Shown: piece by piece, positions 18,263-27,568 of the stretch | Layout: each line of letters opens with the position of its first letter | Position numbering within the stretch: position 1 is the stretch's first letter | Assembly: GCA_049319825.1 (NCBI GenBank) | Contig: JBMORT010000008.1 | Span: 12,331 to 76,330, forward strand | Source of the DNA: Patescibacteria group bacterium | Lineage (GTDB): Bacteria; Patescibacteriota; Patescibacteriia; UBA11705; DATKZF01 | Reading direction: 5' to 3' | Length of the DNA stretch: 64,000 nucleotides | The notes under the pieces: model-generated | Seen by the model: only the letters and a program-made list of their open reading frames with translations | What the model was told of the DNA's origin: nothing | Databases searched by the model: none | Translations under genes and position numbers: made by a program

Positions 18263-19093
18263 ATGGAATCACTGCTTTTACCATCAAAAATTCAATATGA
18301 AGACGGCCCGGAGCCCAATCAAGCCGTGTTGACGATCGAGCCGATGTACATGGGATACGGCACCACTGTCGGCAATGCTTTGCGCCGTGTTTTGATGTCG
18401 TCGTTGCCCGGTGCGGCGGTGACCGCGGTTAAAATCAAAGGCGTTGATCAGGAATTTTCTCCGATTAACGGCGTTAAAGAAGACGCGCTGGACATCTGTA
18501 TGAATTTGAAATTATTGAGGGTGAAGGTATTCACGGAAGAACCTCGAAAATTGATTTTAAAAGCTAAGGGTAAAAAAGAAGTCACCGCGGCTGATATTGA
18601 AAAAAATGCCGATGTCGAAATAATCAATCCTGATTTGTATATTGCCAGTCTGACCGATAAAAATTCCGATTTGGAGATGGAAATATCCGTCAGCCAGGGA
18701 CGAGGCTATCTGCCGGTGGAAGAAAGAAGCAAGGAAGATTTGGAAATCGGCACGATCTTGATCGACGCTTTATTTTCACCCGTCATTAACGTCGGTTTTA
18801 AAAGAGAAGATGTGCGCGTTGGAGAGATCACCAATTACGATAAACTGACAATTTCAATAGAAACGGACGGCAGCATCACGCCGCAAGAAGCGGTGAAGCA
18901 GTCCGCCCGCGTTTTAATGGATCATTTGAATTTGTTGGTCGGAGAACAACTGCCGGAAATAAGCGTTGTGCCTAAAGAATCTGAGCCGCAAGCGGAAGAG
19001 CAGCCCGCGCCGGACGAAAAAAAAGTGGCCAAAAAGAAAGCCAAAGAAGAAAAGAAAAAGGCCAAAGAGGAAAAGAAAAAATCTAAAAAATAA
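18263..19093 (+). CDS. rpoA: DNA-directed RNA polymerase alpha subunit, short form (NTD only; lysine/glutamate-rich tail instead of the alpha-CTD)
   Basis: IEPMYMGYGTTVGNALRRVLMSSLPGAAVTAVKI alpha-NTD; 276 aa ending ...KKVAKKKAKEEKKKAKEEKKKSKK. Confidence 0.85.
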   Translation: MESLLLPSKIQYEDGPEPNQAVLTIEPMYMGYGTTVGNALRRVLMSSLPGAAVTAVKIKGVDQEFSPINGVKEDALDICMNLKLLRVKVFTEEPRKLILKAKGKKEVTAADIEKNADVEIINPDLYIASLTDKNSDLEMEISVSQGRGYLPVEERSKEDLEIGTILIDALFSPVINVGFKREDVRVGEITNYDKLTISIETDGSITPQEAVKQSARVLMDHLNLLVGEQLPEISVVPKESEPQAEEQPAPDEKKVAKKKAKEEKKKAKEEKKKSKK

Positions 19094-19124
19094 TATATTA
19101 GAGGCGCATTGATTTAACGAAAAT

Positions 19125-19565
19125 ATGAGACACCGAAACGTGAAAAAAGTATTTGGCAGAAAAGCCGGACCAAGAAAATCGCTGATGCGAGGATTGGCCA
19201 CTAATTTTATATTGCACGGAAAAATTAAAACCACTGAATCCAAAGCCAAGGCGCTTCGGCCGATCGTCGAGAAGCACATTACCGCCGCCCGAAGCAACAG
19301 TTTGGCCACTCGCCGCAAGCTTTTGAAATATTATTATGATGAAAAAGCGGTTAAATCGCTGATTGATCAGATCGGTCCGTTTTACAAACTCCGAAAAGGC
19401 GGCTACACGCGAGTCGTCAAGCTTGGCGTTCGTCAGGGAGACGCTGCGCCGGTGGCCATGCTTGAATTGGTTGATTATAAGAAAAAGGAAGAGAAAACCA
19501 AGCCGGAAAATAATAAAAGCGCTTCTAAAATTGAGAAGAAGAAAGCCGCTACTGAAAAAAAATAA
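19125..19565 (+). CDS. rplQ: 50S ribosomal protein L17
   Basis: MRHRNVKKVFGRKAGPRKSLMRGLATNF. Confidence 0.9.
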   Translation: MRHRNVKKVFGRKAGPRKSLMRGLATNFILHGKIKTTESKAKALRPIVEKHITAARSNSLATRRKLLKYYYDEKAVKSLIDQIGPFYKLRKGGYTRVVKLGVRQGDAAPVAMLELVDYKKKEEKTKPENNKSASKIEKKKAATEKK

Positions 19566-19595
19566 TTCGAAAAGGTTAACTGATAATTTATAAAT

Positions 19596-19946
19596 ATGAT
19601 AGACCGTAAAGTTCATAAAATTGATGCCACCGATCAAGTATTAGGCCGGCTCGCCTCGAGGATCGCCATTATTTTACGTGGAAAAAACAAAGCTGATTTT
19701 CAACCGAATCAAGACAACGGAGATATCGTCGAAGTTGCCAATGTCGGCAAGCTTAAATTTACAGGTAAAAAGATAGAGACCAAAGTCTATCAGCGTCATT
19801 CCGGCTATCCGGGCGGCTTGAAAACGGAAAAGCTGAGCCGACTGATGAAGGAAAAACCCGAGCAGGTGCTCCGAAACGCGGTGTTTCATATGTTGCCCAA
19901 TAATAAGCTGAGAGCGAACATGATTAACAGATTAAGAATTTCATAA
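19596..19946 (+). CDS. rplM: 50S ribosomal protein L13
   Basis: KVHKIDATDQVLGRLASRIAIILRGK. Confidence 0.9.
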   Translation: MIDRKVHKIDATDQVLGRLASRIAIILRGKNKADFQPNQDNGDIVEVANVGKLKFTGKKIETKVYQRHSGYPGGLKTEKLSRLMKEKPEQVLRNAVFHMLPNNKLRANMINRLRIS

Positions 19947-19948
19947 TT

Positions 19949-20446
19949 ATGCCCGATAAAAAAGAAAAGAAGGCGATAAAAAAAACGGTCAAAACCGTTA
20001 AAAAGTCGCCGGCCAAAAAGTCAACGGAAAAAGAAGCTGAATCCACGGAAAAAAAACGGGATTATCTTTATGCTGTCGGCAAAAGGAAGACGGCGATCGC
20101 TCAGGTTCGGGTTTATAAAAAAGGCGATGGAAAAATAATTATCAATAAAAAAGAATATCAGAAATTTTTCCCAACAGACGTTTTGCAGGAAATAATCAGC
20201 AAGCCGCTCGATCTGATCGGCCAGAGCGAAAAACTGAGCGTGAGCGTCAAAGTTATCGGCGGCGGTCAGAAAGGACAAGCCGAGGCGGTCGGCAACGGCA
20301 TTTCCAAGGCCTTGATACAGCTTAATCCTAATTTTCGAAAACCATTGAAAAAAGCCGGATATTTGACACGGGATGCGCGTAAAAAAGAAAGAAAGAAACC
20401 GGGATTGAGGCGAGCCAGACGCGCGCCGCAGTGGTCGAAACGTTAA
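19949..20446 (+). CDS. rpsI: 30S ribosomal protein S9 with a K-rich N-terminal extension
   Basis: YAVGKRKTAIAQVRV...GGGQKGQAEAV...RDARKKERKK. Confidence 0.9.
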   Translation: MPDKKEKKAIKKTVKTVKKSPAKKSTEKEAESTEKKRDYLYAVGKRKTAIAQVRVYKKGDGKIIINKKEYQKFFPTDVLQEIISKPLDLIGQSEKLSVSVKVIGGGQKGQAEAVGNGISKALIQLNPNFRKPLKKAGYLTRDARKKERKKPGLRRARRAPQWSKR

Positions 20447-20463
20447 CATTTAATCAACTCATA

Positions 20464-20535
20464 AAAAATCCCCGAGCCGGGGATTTTTGTTTCCCGGCCG
20501 CCCGCTCACGCAATTGAAGTTCGGGCGTTTTATTG
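20464..20535 (+). terminator. two consecutive rho-independent terminators after rpsI (aaaaatccccg-agc-cggggattttt, then cgcccg...cgggcg + ttttattgtt)
   Basis: GC stems followed by T-runs, read directly. Confidence 0.5.
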
Positions 20536-20554
20536 TTATAATTCTATTGTCTAT

Positions 20555-22012
20555 ATGAGCAGAACCATTGCGAAAAACACGACTTTTTTAACGGTTGCCT
20601 ACGTGATCCAAAAAATCATTTCGTTTTTTTATTTTATTTTCATCACGCGAATGATCGGCGTGGACGATGTCGGCAAGTACACCTTTGCGCTGGGGTTCAC
20701 CACTTTATCCGCCGTGTTCATCGATTGGGGGTTGAGTCAAATTTTAATCAGAGAATGCGCCAAATATAAAGAAAAAACTCAAAAATATTTAGCCGCCACG
20801 TTAGCGTTCCGCCTGGCCTCATCAGTGTTTGTTTATCTGGCGGTGATCGTGGCGATAAACGTGTTCGTTCGTTTGGCCGGATACGATCCGATTACCATTC
20901 AATTGGTTTATTTGTCCGGCATCGTGATGATACTTGATTCATTTACCTTGGGATTTTGGGGGGTGTTTCGCGGCCATCAAAATTTAAAATACGAATCAAT
21001 CGGCGTGGTCGGCAACCAAATTATCGTCATTGCCGTCGGCACAGCTTCACTTTTACTCGGCTGGCCGCTTCATTTTTTGATTGTCGCCTTTATCGCTGGT
21101 TCATTGTTTAATTTGATTTTTTCCGCGGCGCTGGCAAAAAATAAGCTGAAGCTGGCTCTTAATTTTTCCTGGGATAAACAGCTGATCAAGTTTTTACTCA
21201 AGCTGGCATTCCCGTTCGCCTTACTCGCGATTTTTGGCCGAATGTACGGCTATATCGACCAGATCTTGCTTTATTTTTTGTCAGGAGAAAAATCGCTGGC
21301 CTTCTATTCAGCCGGATATAAAATGATTTTCGCGTTGCAATTCATTCCGTCGGCTTTCGCTGCCGCTATTTTCCCGGCCATGAGCCATTATTTTGTGCGC
21401 TCTCGCGATCAGCTGAAAGTGATATTTGATAAATCAATGGCTTATCTGACCATTTTGGCCGTCCCGATGATGTTCGGCTTGGCCAGTCTGGCCCGTGAAA
21501 TCATTATTACCGCTTATAAAAGTGAATATGAACCGTCAATTTTGGGACTGCAGATATTATCCGTCGGACTGATATTCGTCTTCTTGAATTTTCCGCTCGG
21601 ATCGCTGCTCAACGCCACGGATCGTCAGATATTAAATACCAAGCTGGTCGGCGTGACCATGCTCATCAATTTAATATTAAATGCGATTTTAATACCGTGG
21701 CTCAGTTTTATCGGCGCCGGCATCGCCTTTTTATTCAGCCACGGTTTTTTATTTTCCGCCGGCTTACTGGCGGCCAGAAAAATAATCCCTTATTCAAAAA
21801 AATTGCTCGTTTTTATTTTTGCGAAAAGTATTTTAAGCGCTGGCGTAATGTCCATGGTACTGCTGGCGCTTAAAGATCGTATAAATTTACTGATCGCCAT
21901 CGGTCTGGGTGCGGCCGTTTATTTTATCATGATGTTTTTGGTTAAAGGTTTGGACAAGTCCGATCTTATTGAATTAAAAAAGATTTTCATAAAAAAAGCC
22001 GATAGAATTTAA
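20555..22012 (+). CDS. oligosaccharide/polysaccharide flippase (Wzx/MOP-superfamily polytopic membrane protein)
   Basis: 485 aa, ~12-14 hydrophobic segments, polysaccharide-biosynthesis-protein-like N-terminus. Confidence 0.7.
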   Translation: MSRTIAKNTTFLTVAYVIQKIISFFYFIFITRMIGVDDVGKYTFALGFTTLSAVFIDWGLSQILIRECAKYKEKTQKYLAATLAFRLASSVFVYLAVIVAINVFVRLAGYDPITIQLVYLSGIVMILDSFTLGFWGVFRGHQNLKYESIGVVGNQIIVIAVGTASLLLGWPLHFLIVAFIAGSLFNLIFSAALAKNKLKLALNFSWDKQLIKFLLKLAFPFALLAIFGRMYGYIDQILLYFLSGEKSLAFYSAGYKMIFALQFIPSAFAAAIFPAMSHYFVRSRDQLKVIFDKSMAYLTILAVPMMFGLASLAREIIITAYKSEYEPSILGLQILSVGLIFVFLNFPLGSLLNATDRQILNTKLVGVTMLINLILNAILIPWLSFIGAGIAFLFSHGFLFSAGLLAARKIIPYSKKLLVFIFAKSILSAGVMSMVLLALKDRINLLIAIGLGAAVYFIMMFLVKGLDKSDLIELKKIFIKKADRI

Positions 22013-22023
22013 TTTTTTTTCAC

Positions 22024-22722
22024 ATGCCGGATAATTACACAAATATATTCCCGAAAGACCGGAAAGTTATCGCCGTTTTTTCCCATCGGGCGGCCGGAGA
22101 TTTGAAAAATAACCGGCCGAATCAGACCAATTTTTTTTCTCAATTCGGTATTGATTGGGATCAGGTTGTGTTCATGAATCAGGTTCACGGAGCCAATGTC
22201 GAATATGCCGACGGATCGCGACGCTTGATTGATAACACCGACGGTATTTTTACTGACAAGAAAAATGTTTACTTGGCGGTTAATACCGCCGATTGTCTGC
22301 CGATATTTATCATCAATGATAATCCTGCATTCGTCGGCGTCATTCATTGCGGCTGGCGGAGCTTGGTCAATGGTATTATCGCCCAATTTTTTCGCCAGGT
22401 AGCCGAGCGGCTACCGCTGAAATTTGAAAGAATTCGGGCGACGGTGGGGCCGGGCATTCAATCCTGTCATTTTGAAATAAAGAACGACGTGCTGGACGCG
22501 TTCCAAAAATATCAATCCGATATCTCCGAGCGGTCGGGAAAAATGTTTGTCGATCTGCCGGCCATCGCGCGACGCTGCTTGACTGAGGCCGGTTTAAAAG
22601 GATATAATATAAAACTGTCAGAGGCGTGCACCTATTGCCAGAATGAAAAATACTATTCGTTTCGGCGAGAGAGAGAACAGCTGAATGGCGAAATGATCGG
22701 ATTCATTGGTTTATATGAATAA
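22024..22722 (+). CDS. pgeF: YfiH/PgeF-family (DUF152) purine nucleoside phosphorylase / peptidoglycan editing factor
   Basis: HGANVEY...NTADCLPIFI...GVIHCGWRS motifs. Confidence 0.75.
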   Translation: MPDNYTNIFPKDRKVIAVFSHRAAGDLKNNRPNQTNFFSQFGIDWDQVVFMNQVHGANVEYADGSRRLIDNTDGIFTDKKNVYLAVNTADCLPIFIINDNPAFVGVIHCGWRSLVNGIIAQFFRQVAERLPLKFERIRATVGPGIQSCHFEIKNDVLDAFQKYQSDISERSGKMFVDLPAIARRCLTEAGLKGYNIKLSEACTYCQNEKYYSFRREREQLNGEMIGFIGLYE

Positions 22723-23878
22723 AACCCTGCTGGTCACAATCGATTTTCCGCCAATGATTGGCGGTGTGGCAAATTATTGGGCGAATTTGAATAAATGCTT
22801 ACCCAAAGAAGAGCTGGTAATATTGGCTCCGGAATATGATAATTCGCATAGTTTTGACATACGTCAAAATTACCTGATATACAGAAAAAATTTAATTTCG
22901 AAAAAAAAGTGGCTTTGGCCTAGGTGGTTGCCGCTTTTTTATTCGATGTATCGATTGATAAAAATGGAGGGCATAAAAACCATCATTGCCGGCCAGGTTT
23001 TACCGGTGGGCACTGCCGCGTACTTATTGTCAAAAATTATGCGCGTCAATTATGTCGTTTCCACCCATGGCATGGATATTAAAATACAAAAACCCGGGTC
23101 TCGTCGGCATTGGTTGATCAAGCGAATAATTAAAAACGCCGACCACGTGATAACCAACAGCCGGTATACCATGCGCGAAGTGGTACGTTTGGGAGGAAAA
23201 CCAGAACAAATATCAGTTATTTATCCATGCCCGAATATTGAAGACAGTTCAATCGATCCGGCGCTTCGTGATGATATCGTGAAAGAATACGAGCTGGCCG
23301 GCAAAAAAATACTATTGACCGTCGGTCGATTGGTGGAAAGAAAAGGCCATGACCGGGTAATCCAATCACTGACGTCGTTGGTTGAGCATTTTCCAAATAT
23401 TATTTACCTGATAATTGGTCGAGGGCCGAATCTTAATAACCTGAAGCAATTGGTCGATCGCCTGCGTTTGCAACAAAATGTTTTATTTTTCGATCGAGTG
23501 GATGATGATGAACTCCGAATATTCTATGATTTGGCCGATGTTTTTATCATGACTTCCCGCGAGCTCAGTTGCGGTGATGTCGAGGGTTTTGGCATTGTTT
23601 ATCTGGAAGCGAATGGTTTTAAAAAGCCGGTAATTGCCGGCCGCACCGGCGGGGCAGTGGAAGCTGTCGAGCATGGCGTTAACGGTCTTTTGGTTGATCC
23701 CGATGATTTTGAGTGCATATCCCAAGCCATCGCCAAGTTGATGGCTGATACTCGGTTGGCCAAAAAATTGGGCGAAAATGGATTTGCGCGAAATAAGCGA
23801 TCATTTTGCTGGCCGATGCAAGCACGAAAACTGCAAGACATTTTATCATCCAAATCAAATTGGACCACTTCGACATAA
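22706..23878 (+). CDS. GT4-family glycosyltransferase
   Basis: C-terminal EGFGIVYLEANGFKKPVIAGRTGG...GVNGLLVDP retaining-GT4 signature. Confidence 0.75.
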   Translation: MVYMNKTLLVTIDFPPMIGGVANYWANLNKCLPKEELVILAPEYDNSHSFDIRQNYLIYRKNLISKKKWLWPRWLPLFYSMYRLIKMEGIKTIIAGQVLPVGTAAYLLSKIMRVNYVVSTHGMDIKIQKPGSRRHWLIKRIIKNADHVITNSRYTMREVVRLGGKPEQISVIYPCPNIEDSSIDPALRDDIVKEYELAGKKILLTVGRLVERKGHDRVIQSLTSLVEHFPNIIYLIIGRGPNLNNLKQLVDRLRLQQNVLFFDRVDDDELRIFYDLADVFIMTSRELSCGDVEGFGIVYLEANGFKKPVIAGRTGGAVEAVEHGVNGLLVDPDDFECISQAIAKLMADTRLAKKLGENGFARNKRSFCWPMQARKLQDILSSKSNWTTST

Positions 23879-23910
23879 TTTGTGGGTAAATCAACCATAT
23901 TTTGATCATT

Positions 23911-23939
23911 TGACACATTGATTTTCGTTTGGTATCATA
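23911..23939 (+). promoter_or_regulatory. candidate promoter (TTGACA, 17 bp, TATCAT) followed by a ~140-nt leader upstream of rplJ (possible L10 autoregulatory leader)
   Basis: TTGACAcattgattttcgtttggTATCAT; the long leader contains GGCCTCGCCGGCTTAAAAAACGACCTTGCC. Confidence 0.3.
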
Positions 23940-24085
23940 TACTCACATACAAATACCGCAGACAGCAAGGGCCTCGCCGGCTTAAAAAACGACCTTGCCT
24001 AGGTAAAGCAAAATTTTGCTATTTTTCGCGGTATTTTCAATGCCGTTTTTTATTTAATTATTTTATTAAGATATCTATAATTTAT

Positions 24086-24613
24086 ATGGCATTAACTAAA
24101 CAACAAAAAGAGCAAAGAGTCAAATTATTGGTTGAGGATCTTGAAAAATCAAAGTCAATTATTATTTCCGATTTAAATGGTTTGACTGTCAATGACACGC
24201 AAGAATTAAAGAAACAGGCCAAGGCGCTGGGTGTTAAAATGAAAGCCATCAAGAAAACTCTGCTGCGGTTGGCGCTGGAGCAGGCGAGGATTGAAGGCAT
24301 TGATGCGAAAGCGCTGGCTGGCAGTTTGGTCGTGGCGATGGGGATTGAAGATGAAGTCGCTCCGGCTAAAATTTTGGCTGAGTTTGCGAAGACTCATGAA
24401 CAGGTGAAGATATTGACCGGCTATCTTGACAATAAAGTACTGACTCAGACAGAGGCAATCGCGCTGTCAAAAATTCCGTCAAAGGACGAATTATTGGCCA
24501 AAGTGGTTGGCAGTTTGAACGCGCCTGTTTCCGGATTCGTCAATGTCTTGGCGGGTAATTTGAGAGGCTTGTTGAATGTTTTGAATGGCATCAGGGACGC
24601 GAAGTCCGCGTAA
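24086..24613 (+). CDS. rplJ: 50S ribosomal protein L10 (true start MALTKQQKEQ at 24086; ORF track begins upstream at 23918)
   Basis: MALTKQQKEQRVKLLVEDLEKSKSIIISDLNGLTVNDTQELKKQ. Confidence 0.85.
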   Translation: MALTKQQKEQRVKLLVEDLEKSKSIIISDLNGLTVNDTQELKKQAKALGVKMKAIKKTLLRLALEQARIEGIDAKALAGSLVVAMGIEDEVAPAKILAEFAKTHEQVKILTGYLDNKVLTQTEAIALSKIPSKDELLAKVVGSLNAPVSGFVNVLAGNLRGLLNVLNGIRDAKSA

Positions 24614-24740
24614 TCTACATTATTCAATATTAAATAGCTAGTGCGCCTAGCAAGACGAGAGCGACCAGTAAAACAAGTAATCCTTTTTTAGGACTTGTCG
24701 CGCTTGTCTGGCTTGTCTCGCTCGTCGCACTGATAAAAAT

Positions 24741-25160
24741 ATGGCAGAAGAAGCAAAGCAAGATGAAAAAAAAGAAGTTGAAGTTCCTGAGAAATTCAAG
24801 AAGCTAGTTGAGGAAATCGAAAAAATGTCTGTTCTAGACCTTTCCGAATTAGTTAAGGTTCTGGAAGACAAATTCGGAGTTTCCGCGGCCGCTCCGGTGG
24901 CGGCCATGGCTGTCGCCGCCGGCGCTGGCGCCGCTCCGGCAGAGGAAAAGACCGAATTTAACGTCGAACTGACCGCGGCGGGTGAGAATAAAATCGCCGT
25001 GATCAAGGTCGTAAAAGAGATTTCCGGTCTGGGATTAAAGGAAGCCAAAGACCTTGTCGACGGCGCTCCCAAAGTGATTAAAGAAGCGGTTAAAAAAGAA
25101 GAGGCGGAAGAAATGAAGAAAAAGCTGGAAGGCGCCGGCGCGACCGTGAATTTGAAGTAA
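24741..25160 (+). CDS. rplL: 50S ribosomal protein L7/L12
   Basis: Ala-rich hinge [21 protein letters not shown] and C-terminal domain [28 protein letters not shown]. Confidence 0.9.
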   Translation: MAEEAKQDEKKEVEVPEKFKKLVEEIEKMSVLDLSELVKVLEDKFGVSAAAPVAAMAVAAGAGAAPAEEKTEFNVELTAAGENKIAVIKVVKEISGLGLKEAKDLVDGAPKVIKEAVKKEEAEEMKKKLEGAGATVNLK

Positions 25161-25417
25161 ATTTTTCATCTAAATACAATAAAAGTCTCGCTGATAGCGG
25201 GGCTTTTATTTTTCAAAAATGCCTCGTATTACCGACTCGATTAAAAAAATCCAAACATTTGGATTTTTTATATTCGGGGTATTCGGGTCGATTATTCGCG
25301 GCATTCGGATCATTACTTTGTTTTTGATAATGGATTGCGAAATTTATGTTCGAGTTGACAAAAAAGCCACAAACTGCTAAAGTTTGGAGTTGTTTTTTGA
25401 CAATCAAGGAGGCAAAC

Positions 25418-27442
25418 ATGTTTGAGCTATACGACTATCAGAAACCGCCTCTAAAGGCGGTAAATCAAGCATTTGAGACGCAACAGCGCGTGCTAATGGT
25501 TATGGCCAGCGGACTTGGAAAAACAGTGGTTTCAGCATTCTGGGCCAAAGATCATCTCCGGCATGGCAAGATGCTGTTTCTGTGCCATGAGAATGAAATC
25601 CTGGCGCAGGCGTTGAGTATTTTCAGGCAGGTGCTGGGTGAAACTGTTTCTCTCGGCGTATTTACCGGACAGCAAAAAGACTATGAAGATGTTGACGCCC
25701 TTTTCGCGTCTTTCCAGACTTTTAGAGAATGGAAAGAAGCCTTTTTCCCAGATGAGTTCGCCACAATCATAGTGGATGAATCTCATCACGGTCAGGCGCC
25801 GACATTTCGGGAAGTGATTGAGTACTTTACTCCTCAAAAACTTCTGGGAATGACCGCCACGCCGGATCGCATGGATGAAAAAGACATCCGTGAGATTTTC
25901 GGAGACGAGGTGGTAAATCTGACTTTGGAAGAGGGAATCGCCAAAGGCTGGCTGACGCCGGTTGAATATCACGTGATGACCGATGATTTGGATAAGCGCG
26001 CCTTGAATCAAATCCTACAAGAAGTGCTGAAAAAAGGTCAGCGGATCTCGATCAAGCAGCTGAACGAAACCATTTTCGTGCAGGCGCGCGATGAAGAAAT
26101 CGCCCGAATCATTCAAGAGCATGACAGAAAGACAATTATTTTTTGCGAGGGAATTGATCACCCTGAAGACTTTGCCCAATATCTGCCCGGAGCGGAATGC
26201 TTTCACTCAGAGAAAAATTATGAGCATAATGACAGGGTGTTGAAAGCTTTCAAAGACGGCACGCTTCAATACATTTTAGCGGTTGACAAGTTCAATGAAG
26301 GAATTGACATTCCGGACGCTGAAATGGTGGTGTTCCTTCGCTGCACAGACTCGAAGACAGTTTTTTTGCAGCAGCTGGGCAGGGGACTCAGAAAGGCCGA
26401 AGGCAAAGACAATGTTGTCATTCTTGATTTTGTGGCCAATTGCCATCGCCTGATCGCTGTTCGCGATATGGTTGAGAGAGTCAAATCAATGGCCAATGTG
26501 CAGGCCTTGTGCAAAGACATCCTTAAGGTAACCGGCGAAGCATTTGACTTCTTGTTCACGGATGAACAGCAGGACATCTTTGAGGTTCTCGAAGCGATTC
26601 AGCCTCGATATGTGTCAGACATCCCGCATCTTCTGGCAGAGTATTCAGGTAAGAACGAATTGCCGCCTGATCAAGTCATTGCCGGGACAATGCAACAGCT
26701 GTTGTGGGAATGCCAACAACCTGAATGCAGATATGAATGGAAGGCGAGCGGCCATGTTAGGCTGAGTCTTGGAACTGGTTGTCCGGCATGCAGTAATAGG
26801 GTGGTGACAAATAAGAATAATTTGGCCATGACTCATCTGAAACTAGCTAACGAATATTCAGATAAGAATGAATTGCCGGCTAATCAAATCGTCGCCGGTA
26901 CAAGTAAAAAGATTTGGTGGAGATGTTCAATCTGTGGACATGAATGGCGTCAGAGTGGAAGCATTAGGGTGCGAGGAGCAGGATGCCCGTCTTGCGCGAA
27001 TAAGGTCCTTACGAATAAAAATAATTTAGCAGTTACGCATCCCGAATTAGCAGAAGAATATTCTGACAGAAATGAATTGCCAGCAAACAAAATTTTTGCG
27101 GGAACCAATAAAAAATTATTGTGGAAGTGTAGGAAATGTGGATATGAGTGGCAGCAGACTGGGAACAAAAGAGTTCATGGAACTGGTTGCCCTGCTTGCG
27201 CGAACCAAATTGTTACAGTAAAAAATAATTTGGCGGCTACTCATCCACGATTGGCAAGAGAATATTCTGGAAGAAATAAATTACCAGTTGATCAGATTAA
27301 AGCTGGTTCAAACAAGAAAGTATTATGGAAATGCATGGATTGTTCATGTGAGTGGGAGGCAGTTGTTAATAACAGAAAAAAAGGCTCTGGTTGTCCTAAA
27401 TGCAGCCGAAAAAGGGCATGGGTAAAAAGAAGAAAAAAATAA
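25418..27442 (+). CDS. SF2 DEAD/DEAH-box helicase (ResIII-like) with four C-terminal ~45-aa Cys4 zinc-ribbon repeats; start at the second MFEL (25418), which has an AAGGAGG RBS
   Basis: Motif I ASGLGKT, II DESHH, III TATP, VI QQLGRGLRK; repeats NKNNLAxTHPxLAxEYSxxNELP...W(K/R)CxxCG(H/Y)EW...G(T/A)GCP(A/S)C x4. Confidence 0.7.
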   Translation: MFELYDYQKPPLKAVNQAFETQQRVLMVMASGLGKTVVSAFWAKDHLRHGKMLFLCHENEILAQALSIFRQVLGETVSLGVFTGQQKDYEDVDALFASFQTFREWKEAFFPDEFATIIVDESHHGQAPTFREVIEYFTPQKLLGMTATPDRMDEKDIREIFGDEVVNLTLEEGIAKGWLTPVEYHVMTDDLDKRALNQILQEVLKKGQRISIKQLNETIFVQARDEEIARIIQEHDRKTIIFCEGIDHPEDFAQYLPGAECFHSEKNYEHNDRVLKAFKDGTLQYILAVDKFNEGIDIPDAEMVVFLRCTDSKTVFLQQLGRGLRKAEGKDNVVILDFVANCHRLIAVRDMVERVKSMANVQALCKDILKVTGEAFDFLFTDEQQDIFEVLEAIQPRYVSDIPHLLAEYSGKNELPPDQVIAGTMQQLLWECQQPECRYEWKASGHVRLSLGTGCPACSNRVVTNKNNLAMTHLKLANEYSDKNELPANQIVAGTSKKIWWRCSICGHEWRQSGSIRVRGAGCPSCANKVLTNKNNLAVTHPELAEEYSDRNELPANKIFAGTNKKLLWKCRKCGYEWQQTGNKRVHGTGCPACANQIVTVKNNLAATHPRLAREYSGRNKLPVDQIKAGSNKKVLWKCMDCSCEWEAVVNNRKKGSGCPKCSRKRAWVKRRKK

Positions 27443-27469
27443 GCCATGATTCAAAATCATGGTTTTTTA
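27443..27469 (+). terminator. rho-independent terminator after the helicase gene (ccatgatt-caaa-atcatgg + T6)
   Basis: Read directly. Confidence 0.45.
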
Positions 27470-27568
27470 TTCCCGCCGCGCCAGTTTCATGGATCCCGGA
27501 TCAAGTCCGGGATAATCGTGCGGGCGCAATGCCTAAAAACAATCAATAATTGACAATCAACAATCATT

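Noticed and set aside
18914-19637. Long antisense ORFs (18914-19318 -, 19098-19637 -) opposite rpoA and rplQ
   Set aside because: They are antisense to confidently identified ribosomal and RNAP genes. They are low-complexity F/L-rich translations of K/E-rich codons.
25186-25272. A strong single terminator after rplL
   Set aside because: Two weak candidates exist: an imperfect hairpin ctcgct-gat-agcggg + ttttatttttc, and atccaaa-cat-ttggat + ttttt at 25248-25272. Neither is clean enough to call confidently.
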